A model generated the notes under the pieces. The model saw only the letters and a list, made by a program, of their open reading frames with translations. It made no database searches and had not been told where the DNA came from. Below are positions 1 to 7,827 of a stretch of DNA of 36,619 bases, in pieces. The DNA lies in sequence record SRR20825006_3046. The stretch is one strand, 5' to 3'. Both the position numbers and the translations under genes were made by a program. Each line of letters begins with the position of its first letter. Position 1 is the first letter of the stretch.

Positions 1-33
1 CATCATAGCAAATGTTCGTGCCTCTCAATGCAT

Positions 34-61
34 AAGGTTGCCGTTTTGGCGGCCTTTTTTT
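34..61 (+). terminator. Rho-independent terminator of an upstream unit outside the window
   Basis: AAGGTTGCC-GTTTT-GGCGGCCTT hairpin followed by a T run. Confidence 0.6.
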
Positions 62-160
62 CATGATAGGCACAAAATTTAAATCTGCTGCGAAATCCGG
101 AAAAACAGCCATTTATCGTGTGGCATTGGCAGTTCTCGAAAAAAAAAACAACAGAAGCGT

Positions 161-186
161 CGCCAGTTTTATCGCCTGCACGCGTG
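161..186 (+). promoter_or_regulatory. Putative ECF sigma promoter of the fliC operon
   Basis: CGCCAGTTTT-N11-GCGTG, same boxes and spacing as 5268-5293; CGT in the downstream box is typical of ECF -10 elements; A-tract upstream. Confidence 0.65.
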
Positions 187-262
187 GATATGGATACCGG
201 CCCGATTTTGGGTCGGTTGGCAGGTATGTCAGTTCCATTCTTCCATATAGGAGATCGCGAAA

Positions 263-1081
263 ATGGCGAGCATTAACACGAATATGTCGGCGACCCTTGC
301 GGTGTCGAACCTCAACAAGACCACAGATGAAATGACTTCCGTTTTGACGGCGATGTCGAGCGGCAAGTCCATCAACTCTGCATCGGACGATGCGGCGGGT
401 CTTGCGGTTTATACTGCGATGTCTGTTGATTATGCGGCATGGGAACAGGCTGGCGATAACGCTGAAGTCGCAACGGCTATTCTTGAAACGGCCGATGGCG
501 GTCTTTCGGAAATCGGTGATATTCTTGAACGTATGTACGAACTGGCATCCGAAGCTTCTTCGGGTTCGGTGACCGATACGGAACGTGCCTATCTTGACAG
601 CGAGTATCAGGAACTGGTTGCGCAGGTTGATTCCATCGTCAACTCGACGACCTATTTCGATACGTCGCTGTTAGACGGCACCTATAACCAGAACTTCACC
701 GTTTCTGCGGACTCGAGCGTTGCAGCAATCGCTGTTGACTTGTCCGCACAGGCCTATGACGCCGCAAGCCTTGGTCTTGCCGGTGATCTGACATCGGCGA
801 CCAACGCGGCAACCGAGCTGACGGCAATCGAAGCGGCGGTTACCACCGTTTCGTCCGGGCGTGCAACGGTCGGTGCACTGATGTCGCGGTTTGATTATGC
901 GTCCGGTAACATCGAAACCGCCCAGACCAACCTTGAAGCCGCAATGAGCGTCTATATGGATGCCGATATCGCGGAACTGAGTGCGGAGCAGACCGAACTT
1001 GGCGTGAAGATGGACTCTGCCATCCAAGCCCTGTCGGTTTCCAACGAAAATCTCGAGAAGCTCTCGCGGTTGCTGAGCTAA
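263..1081 (+). CDS. fliC: Minimal, highly acidic flagellin (272 aa)
   Basis: N-terminal SINTN and SSGKSINSASDDAAGLA, ERMYELA, C-terminal RATVGALMSRF and DADIAE; AGGAG RBS; about 40 D/E vs 9 K/R. Confidence 0.93.
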   Translation: MASINTNMSATLAVSNLNKTTDEMTSVLTAMSSGKSINSASDDAAGLAVYTAMSVDYAAWEQAGDNAEVATAILETADGGLSEIGDILERMYELASEASSGSVTDTERAYLDSEYQELVAQVDSIVNSTTYFDTSLLDGTYNQNFTVSADSSVAAIAVDLSAQAYDAASLGLAGDLTSATNAATELTAIEAAVTTVSSGRATVGALMSRFDYASGNIETAQTNLEAAMSVYMDADIAELSAEQTELGVKMDSAIQALSVSNENLEKLSRLLS

Positions 1082-1087
1082 CTCGTT

Positions 1088-1126
1088 GCGGGACCGCCCG
1101 GTGTTAGAGCCGCCGGGTGGTCCTGT
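1088..1126 (+). promoter_or_regulatory. Strong intercistronic hairpin after fliC (mRNA stabiliser or partial terminator)
   Basis: GCGGGACCGCCCGGTG-7 nt loop-CGCCGGGTGGTCCTGT with no clear U tract. Confidence 0.55.
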
Positions 1127-1159
1127 TGCTTCTGGTATCGCGTGACAAGGGAGGGCTGA

Positions 1160-2848
1160 ATGTCGACAGTGAACTCATCTACATCGTCGAGCTATGTATC
1201 GTCGTCCTACGTTTCAGGTCTGACAGACCTTGATACCGCAGAGCTGGTTGAAGACGCCTATAACGCCAAGATGGAAGTTGCCGACACCATCGAGGCAGAG
1301 GTTGATGAGCTTGAACTTGAAATTGCGGCGTTTGAAGATTTACAGGACCTGCTTGAGGCGCTGGAAGATGCGGCAGAGGCCCTGACCGCCTCGGCCGAGC
1401 TTGACAGTTTGCGCGATGATGTCTGGGTTGGAAAATCGGCCTATCTGTCATCGTCGGATGCCAATACGACCGCATCGGATGTGCTGGGTGTGCTCGTCGA
1501 TGATGAGGCCACTGTTGGCAGTTATACGATTGAAATCAAACAGATGGCGACTGCCCACAGACTGGGCGGAGATACTTATGCCGATGCGTCGTCAGCGGCA
1601 GGCCTCTCAGGTACTCTCAGTCTTGTGGCCGGGGATGATTATACTGCGACGGATATCGAGATATCCGATGACATGTCGCTTGACGATATTGCCGATGCCA
1701 TTAATGACCAGAGTAGTGCAACCGGGGTACGTGCCAGTGTGCTTCAGGTTTCCGATGATGAATATATGCTGGTGCTATCGGCTATTGATACCGGGCAGGA
1801 GATCACCTTTGATACCGATGGAGCAGACACAACGCTGGCTGCGTCTTTGGGGTTTATCAATGACGATGGCGGTTATGCGAACGAGCTGGTGGCAGCTGAT
1901 CAGGCGATTTTCTCTGTCGACGGGGTAGAGGTAACCCGAAGCAGCAATACGGTTGATGACGTGATTGATGGTGTGACGCTTTATCTGTATGCGGAGGAAG
2001 AAGGTACTGAGATTACGCTTGAAATCGATGAGGACGCGAGTTCGGTCTATGACGCGATTGAGGCTTTTGTCGACGCCTATAACGAGTTGCGCAGCTTTGT
2101 TATTACCAATCAATCCTATGAAGCCGGTCAGGGCGCGGATGAGGATGCGGTTTTGTTTGGTGATTCACTTTTAAGCTCGGCTGTTTCATCGGTTTATGAC
2201 GCACTGTCCTTCACCGAAAACAGCGAAACTTATGCGTCCCTATCGTCAATCGGCATTACCTTTGATGAAAGCAACTATCTGGTGATCGATTCCGAGACAC
2301 TTGAAGATGCTCTGGTGTCGAATTTTGACGAGGTTGCCGATCTGTTTTCACTGTCGACCGATACCGGTTCGGACACCCTGCTGGTTTCCGAAGCCGATGG
2401 TACCTATACCGGGACCTTTACCATCGACATTGAGGTTGATGCCGAAGGCAATATCACGTCGGGCAGTGTCGGCGGTGATTCCAGTCTGTTCACCATCAGC
2501 GGCAACAATATCATCGGGGCTGAAGGGTCGGTCTATGAAGGTGTCGAGCTGTATTTTGGCGGGGACAGTTCCGAAAGTGTCGATGTCACGATTTCTAGCG
2601 GCCTTGGCAATGAGATGGTCAAGGCGCTCGACAAATATACCAACAGTTCGGATGGCCTGATTTCCGCCCGTATCGAGCGGTTGGAAGAACAAACCACCAA
2701 TCTTGAGGATGAAATCGAAGATGTGACGACCGCCGCCGAGGCTTATGCCGAAGATCTGACGGAACGCTACTCGGCGCTGGAAACCAAGATGTATCAGCTT
2801 CAGCTGCTGCGCGAACAACTTGAAGCCTTGTGGGGTGATGATGAATAA
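1160..2848 (+). CDS. fliD: Flagellar filament cap protein, highly acidic
   Basis: SGLTDLDTAELV N-terminal motif, TRSSNTVDDVIDGVTL, FVDAYNEL, C-terminal RYSALETKMYQL; directly after fliC. Confidence 0.9.
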   Translation: MSTVNSSTSSSYVSSSYVSGLTDLDTAELVEDAYNAKMEVADTIEAEVDELELEIAAFEDLQDLLEALEDAAEALTASAELDSLRDDVWVGKSAYLSSSDANTTASDVLGVLVDDEATVGSYTIEIKQMATAHRLGGDTYADASSAAGLSGTLSLVAGDDYTATDIEISDDMSLDDIADAINDQSSATGVRASVLQVSDDEYMLVLSAIDTGQEITFDTDGADTTLAASLGFINDDGGYANELVAADQAIFSVDGVEVTRSSNTVDDVIDGVTLYLYAEEEGTEITLEIDEDASSVYDAIEAFVDAYNELRSFVITNQSYEAGQGADEDAVLFGDSLLSSAVSSVYDALSFTENSETYASLSSIGITFDESNYLVIDSETLEDALVSNFDEVADLFSLSTDTGSDTLLVSEADGTYTGTFTIDIEVDAEGNITSGSVGGDSSLFTISGNNIIGAEGSVYEGVELYFGGDSSESVDVTISSGLGNEMVKALDKYTNSSDGLISARIERLEEQTTNLEDEIEDVTTAAEAYAEDLTERYSALETKMYQLQLLREQLEALWGDDE

Positions 2849-3311
2849 GCATTCGCAGACGACTGCACAGCAGGCCTATCGTTTTGCCGGTGCAAGCGCA
2901 CAATACAACAATGCATTGCGCACGACGTCACCGGTTGCGATGATGGTGATCGCCATCACCCGTACGCGCCAGCATCTGCGGGCGGCCAAACAATACCGTG
3001 AAGAAAAGCATTTCGATCTTGAACGTCAGGAAAAGGCAATTGCGGTCAATCGATTGCGAGCATTGCAGGCAGTTGTCTCGCCGAAGTCGGCCCCTGAACT
3101 GTCTCGTGATCTGTATGCGTTCTATGCGCGCATGATCAAACTTCTGGCTCGAAACGGGCGGAAAACACCGCTTGAGGAACGTTACGAAATCGTGGACCGG
3201 AACCTCGAAACACTGGCAAAACAGTGGGAGAGTTTCAAATCGGTAAATTCGCAGGCCGCTGGACCGCAACAGGTTCGTGGAACACGTCATATCGTGGAAC
3301 AGGTGTTGTGA
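2838..3311 (+). CDS. fliS: FliS-like flagellin chaperone, divergent and basic
   Basis: TSPVAMM, ELSRDLYAFY and LETLAKQW match the FliS helix pattern; overlaps the fliD stop; start at ATG 2838 or 2841. Confidence 0.7.
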   Translation: MMNKHSQTTAQQAYRFAGASAQYNNALRTTSPVAMMVIAITRTRQHLRAAKQYREEKHFDLERQEKAIAVNRLRALQAVVSPKSAPELSRDLYAFYARMIKLLARNGRKTPLEERYEIVDRNLETLAKQWESFKSVNSQAAGPQQVRGTRHIVEQVL

Positions 3312-3342
3312 GGGGCAGTTGAGTGTAGGCATCCGTCGCGAA

Positions 3343-3930
3343 ATGACAACGGGATCGCAAGCCTCCGAGGCGGCAAGACAGAATGCCGCCCTGTCGGAAC
3401 TTGCTGATCAGGATCTTGTGGCCCTGATGGTTCGGGGTGACAAGCACGCCTATCGCGTGCTTGTCGAGCGATACTATCGCGGGATTATCGGGATTGCGCG
3501 ACGTATGGGTCTTACAGGCAGTGACGCGGAAGATGCGACGCAGGATGTTTTCGTCCGGGTATGGTTGCATCGGGAAAAATGGCGTCCGGAAGGAGCCAGC
3601 TTCAAAACCTGGCTGTATCGGGTTGCGGTAAACCGGGTGATTGATCTGAAACGCAAACCGCAATTCGTCGATGGCAGTGATCTTGAAAACATGCCTGATG
3701 AGGCGATTTCACCAGTTGAACAGCTGGCACAACATCAGGAATTCAGGCGGCTTCGAACTGCGATCAAGCTGCTGTCGGAGCAACAACAAATTGCCATCAA
3801 TCTGTTTTATGATCGTGAACTGTCCAATCAAGAAGCGGCTGCTATTATGGGGGTTTCCGTCAATGCGATGGAATCATTGTTAAAAAGGGCACGAAAGCGA
3901 CTGCGTGAAGAGTTGAAAGCAATGGGATAG
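3343..3930 (+). CDS. ECF sigma-70 family sigma factor
   Basis: Region 2 DAEDATQDVF and FKTWLYRVAVN; region 4 LSNQEAAAIMGVSVNAMESLLKRAR; start uncertain (ATG 3343 or TTG 3319). Confidence 0.92.
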   Translation: MTTGSQASEAARQNAALSELADQDLVALMVRGDKHAYRVLVERYYRGIIGIARRMGLTGSDAEDATQDVFVRVWLHREKWRPEGASFKTWLYRVAVNRVIDLKRKPQFVDGSDLENMPDEAISPVEQLAQHQEFRRLRTAIKLLSEQQQIAINLFYDRELSNQEAAAIMGVSVNAMESLLKRARKRLREELKAMG

Positions 3931-3989
3931 ATCGTTAACTTCAGTTGCGTTCGAACAGGTAGGTTCGTCCTAGGAAAAAGCGGTGTGCT

Positions 3990-4673
3990 GTGAAGATCGA
4001 GAAATTTGAAGAATTGCTGGATCAGTACGGGTGGGACATTACATCCTGGCCGGAGCCGCTTCGCCATGAGGCCAACATTCTTGTTGCCCGGAATGATGAA
4101 GCAGCTGAATTGCTGAAATCCCTGAAATCTGTTGAAGATTTGCTGGCCGATGATCCCTTGCCGTTGGGCAAACATCGCGCAATTGACGATATTTTTGCGG
4201 TGATTGAGGCAGAAGAAAATGCGGCAGAGCCGCGACGTCATGACGCGAAAAGCGATGCCTTTTCCTTTAACGACGCGCGCCGCGGACGTGGTGCAGAGCT
4301 GCGGGCGGCCGAACATCAGGGTGATTCTGTTCCACAGCGTCAGACTTATCCGTCCGAAAGGACCGCCAATCCGGTTGGTAGCGTCACAGGACCAACTGAC
4401 CCGGCTCTTGCAATATCAGGTATCCGGGTGAAGTCATCGCAGGCATTGTTGCGGTATTCAGCGACCTTTGCTTCTGCCTTCGGGATGGTGCTTTGTGTGA
4501 TGTTCGGTTTTGTGGTTGGCGTTGTATTTACGTCCGAACAGGAAATCCAAACCAACGCCCAAGCAATCGAAATGCCGATGATGCAGGCTCTGGAAAATCA
4601 TGTTTTTGATGAGGCCTCGCAAGGCATGGGAATCGGTTCGAATGGTGCAAACACGCAAACAGGGCGGGAATGA
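3990..4673 (+). CDS. Putative single-pass anti-sigma factor
   Basis: N-terminal FEELLDQYGWDITSWP pattern seen in small genes following alphaproteobacterial ECFs; one TM helix (AFGMVLCVMFGFVVGVVF); directly after the ECF gene. Confidence 0.7.
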   Translation: MKIEKFEELLDQYGWDITSWPEPLRHEANILVARNDEAAELLKSLKSVEDLLADDPLPLGKHRAIDDIFAVIEAEENAAEPRRHDAKSDAFSFNDARRGRGAELRAAEHQGDSVPQRQTYPSERTANPVGSVTGPTDPALAISGIRVKSSQALLRYSATFASAFGMVLCVMFGFVVGVVFTSEQEIQTNAQAIEMPMMQALENHVFDEASQGMGIGSNGANTQTGRE

Positions 4674-5176
4674 TGATTTTAGATGATCGTCGCAAGCCTG
4701 ATGCCACCCGAAGGTTCTTGTGGGCATCGCTTGCTTTGAATCTGTTCCTGATTGGGACAATTGCGGGAAGTATTGCCGCGGGTAGTACGATCCTCCACAG
4801 CTTTTTGGGGGGCTCGCCGCCGATGATTGGTCCGGACAATGGCCCGCCGCCGCCGGTTCGCATGCTTTCAGAAGTACGCGAGAAGCTGAGCCCGGAAGGA
4901 AAGGCCATTTTTGACGCCGAGTTTGCGCCGGTGATGGAAGATTTGATGAAACGTCGTGATGACCTGAAAAAGTTCAGAGAACTGCGCGAGGTTTTGCTGC
5001 GCGACGATGCAACGGATGCCGAAATCCGTGGCGTCTTTGAAAAAATGAAGAACGGTATCGGGGATGATTTTGGTCGTATACTTACGCACATGGCCAATGT
5101 CGCGGTCCAGCTGTCACCCGAAGATCGCGCAGAACTGGCATTGCATCGTCCTGGGCCGCCACCGCCGCCGCAGTAA
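4670..5176 (+). CDS. Membrane-anchored periplasmic heavy-metal-sensor-like protein (Metal_resist / CnrX-ZraP-CpxP-like)
   Basis: WASLALNLFLIG anchor, Pro-rich linker, helical domain with LSPEGK and LSPEDR; ATGA overlap with the anti-sigma gene. Confidence 0.75.
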   Translation: MMILDDRRKPDATRRFLWASLALNLFLIGTIAGSIAAGSTILHSFLGGSPPMIGPDNGPPPPVRMLSEVREKLSPEGKAIFDAEFAPVMEDLMKRRDDLKKFRELREVLLRDDATDAEIRGVFEKMKNGIGDDFGRILTHMANVAVQLSPEDRAELALHRPGPPPPPQ

Positions 5177-5203
5177 CTTTTGCCGGAAACGAGCCTAAGA
5201 CGG

Positions 5204-5230
5204 AAAGGAGTGCAAATGCGCTCCTTTTTT
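5204..5230 (+). terminator. Rho-independent terminator of the fliC-ECF operon
   Basis: AAAGGAGTGCA-AA-TGCGCTCCTTT plus T run. Confidence 0.8.
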
Positions 5231-5267
5231 GTTTTTGGATTTATTTTCTAAAAAAGTGAATTTGCTG

Positions 5268-5293
5268 CGCCAGTTTTTCCGTCCGTCAGCGTG
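5268..5293 (+). promoter_or_regulatory. Putative ECF sigma promoter of the flgD operon
   Basis: CGCCAGTTTT-N11-GCGTG as at 161-186; AT-rich tract upstream. Confidence 0.65.
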
Positions 5294-5338
5294 AAACGAA
5301 CATAAGACCCGTTCAATGTTCGCTTCATGGAGGCGGTG

Positions 5339-6034
5339 ATGAGTTACCTCAGCGGCCTGACATACGATAGCCTGACGGCTTCGACGACCTCGTCGTCAAG
5401 CACATCAACTTCGTCTAGTACGAGCGAGAGCTCTACCTACGAAACCTATATGACGCTGATGCTGACGACGCTTCAGAATCAGGACCCGACCGATCCCGAA
5501 GATGTGTCAGAGATGACCACGCAGCTGGCGACCTTCGAGCAGCTTGAACTGGCTGAAAATAACAATGCATTGCTGTCGGATCTTTCGGAATCGCTTCTGA
5601 CCCTACAGGGGGTGATCGATAACAGCGCCGCGCAGTCCTATCTTGGTACCGATGTTGTCGCAGTCGGGGATACCGCCCCGCTCGAAGATGGCGAGGCCGA
5701 ATGGTATTTTGTCCTTGATGATGATGCCTCGAATGTCAGCATCGAAATCACCGATGAAGATGGAAATGTTGTCTACGAGACGACGGTGACCGGTGCCGAG
5801 GGTGCGAATAATTTCACATGGGACGGGGTGACGGACGGCGGAAGCACGCTGAGCTCGGGGACCTATACCCTTTCGGTCGAAGCGACCGATTCTGACGGAA
5901 ATTCCGTTGATTCTGAAATTCTCATGACCGGTGTGGTGTCGGCAATCGACCTGACCGGCGACGAAGCCGTGCTGTATGTCAACGGGGTCGATATCGCGAT
6001 CTCGGACGTTCAGGGCACGCAAACAGTTTCCTGA
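5339..6034 (+). CDS. flgD: Hook capping protein with no basic residues
   Basis: LQNQDPTDP, QLATFEQLE, FTWDG, SGTYT; GGAGG RBS favours ATG 5339. Confidence 0.92.
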   Translation: MSYLSGLTYDSLTASTTSSSSTSTSSSTSESSTYETYMTLMLTTLQNQDPTDPEDVSEMTTQLATFEQLELAENNNALLSDLSESLLTLQGVIDNSAAQSYLGTDVVAVGDTAPLEDGEAEWYFVLDDDASNVSIEITDEDGNVVYETTVTGAEGANNFTWDGVTDGGSTLSSGTYTLSVEATDSDGNSVDSEILMTGVVSAIDLTGDEAVLYVNGVDIAISDVQGTQTVS

Positions 6035-6051
6035 AGCGAAGGATCAAAGCC

Positions 6052-7347
6052 ATGAGCTTAAGCAGTGCACTGAATTCCGCCGTTTTGGGGCTGAATGCGC
6101 AATCGACGTCGCTTGGTGTGATTTCGGGCAATATCAGTAACAGCGAGACTGTCGGTTACAAGGATAGTTCGACATCCTTCTCGTCGCTGGTGACCACGCC
6201 CGGCTCGACGACGACTGGCTATTCCAATGGTGTGACGACATCGACCCAAACCAATATCAGCTCGCAAGGCCTGATTCAGGCAGATGATACTGCGACCAGT
6301 CTGGCGATATCGGGTGATGGTTTCTTTGTCGTGACCGATGGCAATGGTGACGTTTATTACACGCGTGCCGGTGATTTTGACACTGATGCCGAAGGCAATC
6401 TGGTTAACAGTTCTGGCTATTATCTTATGGGATACGCGCTTGACGATGACGGTAATCCGGCAAGCGGCACCGTTCCGACCAGCACATCGGCCCTGACGAC
6501 GATCAATCTTGAAGATCTGACCGGAACGGCAGAAGCTTCGACCGAAGTTTCGATGGTAGCAAACCTTCCGGCAGATGCGGCAGTTGGCGATACATTTTCC
6601 GTTGATGTCGAAGTGTTTGACAGTCTCGGTACCAGTCATACGGTAACCTATAACTACGAGAAAACGGCCGAGAATGAGTGGGAGCTGACTTATTCTGATC
6701 CGGTTCTGACCTCGGACGGAACGACGGTTACGGGTACGTCCTCGGGTGGTCCATTGACGATTACCTTTGACGGGGACGGCAATCTTTCGGCGATTACGGA
6801 TACCAGCGGCACTGATGTGACCGACAATGCAACTCTGACCATCACCGGCTGGACCACCGGGGCTAATGATAGCTCTATCGTTTCCGATCTTGGAACGGCC
6901 GGCGATGACGACGGCTTGCAGCAATTTGCGTCCGACGAAGAAGATGGCGACATGACGCTGTATTCGGTTGACCAGAACGGTTCGAATTACAGCGAGATCG
7001 CCGAGATATCGATCTCGGACGATGGGGTTGTTTCGGTGACCTATGAAAACGGCGAGAGCGAACCGGTCTATCAGATCGTACTGGCCGATTTTGCCAACGC
7101 GGATGGCCTGACCGCTTATAGCGATACTGTCTACAAGGAAAGCAACACATCGGGCAGCTATGTGCTGAAAACCCCGGGTGATGGCGGAACCGGGACGCTG
7201 GCGGATTATTCGCTGGAAAGTTCCACCGTCGATACTACCAGCCAGTTTTCCAAAATGATCATCGCACAGCAGGCCTATTCGGCGGCGGCACAGGTCGTTT
7301 CAACGACCAGCGATATGTATGACACGCTCATTTCGGCAGTGAACTAA
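6052..7347 (+). CDS. flgE: Flagellar hook protein, highly acidic
   Basis: GNISNSETVGYK, LAISGDGFF, YTRAGDF, FDSLG, LESSTVD and MIIAQQAY. Confidence 0.93.
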   Translation: MSLSSALNSAVLGLNAQSTSLGVISGNISNSETVGYKDSSTSFSSLVTTPGSTTTGYSNGVTTSTQTNISSQGLIQADDTATSLAISGDGFFVVTDGNGDVYYTRAGDFDTDAEGNLVNSSGYYLMGYALDDDGNPASGTVPTSTSALTTINLEDLTGTAEASTEVSMVANLPADAAVGDTFSVDVEVFDSLGTSHTVTYNYEKTAENEWELTYSDPVLTSDGTTVTGTSSGGPLTITFDGDGNLSAITDTSGTDVTDNATLTITGWTTGANDSSIVSDLGTAGDDDGLQQFASDEEDGDMTLYSVDQNGSNYSEIAEISISDDGVVSVTYENGESEPVYQIVLADFANADGLTAYSDTVYKESNTSGSYVLKTPGDGGTGTLADYSLESSTVDTTSQFSKMIIAQQAYSAAAQVVSTTSDMYDTLISAVN

Positions 7348-7373
7348 GTCGTGAAGCAAGGGGATTTCAGGTT

Positions 7374-7796
7374 ATGACAGCAATGGCTTTGGCACTTCCA
7401 AACGATAGCGACGCCGTCACGCAGATCATTGCGCGTCTCGAAGAACTTCTCGATGTCGAATGGCGGATCCTTGAACAGGGTCAGTATGACCTTTTGCCCG
7501 ATATCACGGCGGAAAAGACTCTGCTGGAAGATGCGCTGAAGTCCGAACTGCGTGCTCAGAAACAGGCCGATCCGGAAAATCCGCTTGCTGGCCAGATCAT
7601 CAATTTTGATTTGGTGCGCAGTCTTCGCAATAAGCTTGATCGCAATAATATCCGCCTTATGGCCAAGCGCGATGCCTGCCTGAAACGTATTCGTGCCGGT
7701 TGGGCCGCAACGGCAGGTGATCAGGCAACGTCATATGACCGCGATGGTGATCTGCATGGCAAATCAACGCGCGCCATTCTGAATTTGAAGATGTAA
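7374..7796 (+). CDS. FlgN-like chaperone
   Basis: 140 aa helical protein with LEELLDVE, EKTLL, RNNIRL and SYDRDG; immediately before flgK-flgL. Confidence 0.55.
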   Translation: MTAMALALPNDSDAVTQIIARLEELLDVEWRILEQGQYDLLPDITAEKTLLEDALKSELRAQKQADPENPLAGQIINFDLVRSLRNKLDRNNIRLMAKRDACLKRIRAGWAATAGDQATSYDRDGDLHGKSTRAILNLKM

Positions 7797-7827
7797 CTGC
7801 ACTTTTGACAACTGACAGGTCAGAAAA

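Noticed and set aside
7-23. Sigma54-like site on the minus strand (AGGCACGAACATTTGCT)
   Set aside because: GG-to-GC spacing is one base too long for the strict -24/-12 geometry, and it points away from fliC.
63-335. 90-aa ORF upstream of fliC
   Set aside because: Overlaps the promoter region and the fliC start; no recognisable motif or RBS.
6058-6924. 288-aa antisense ORF
   Set aside because: Shadow of flgE produced by codon bias.
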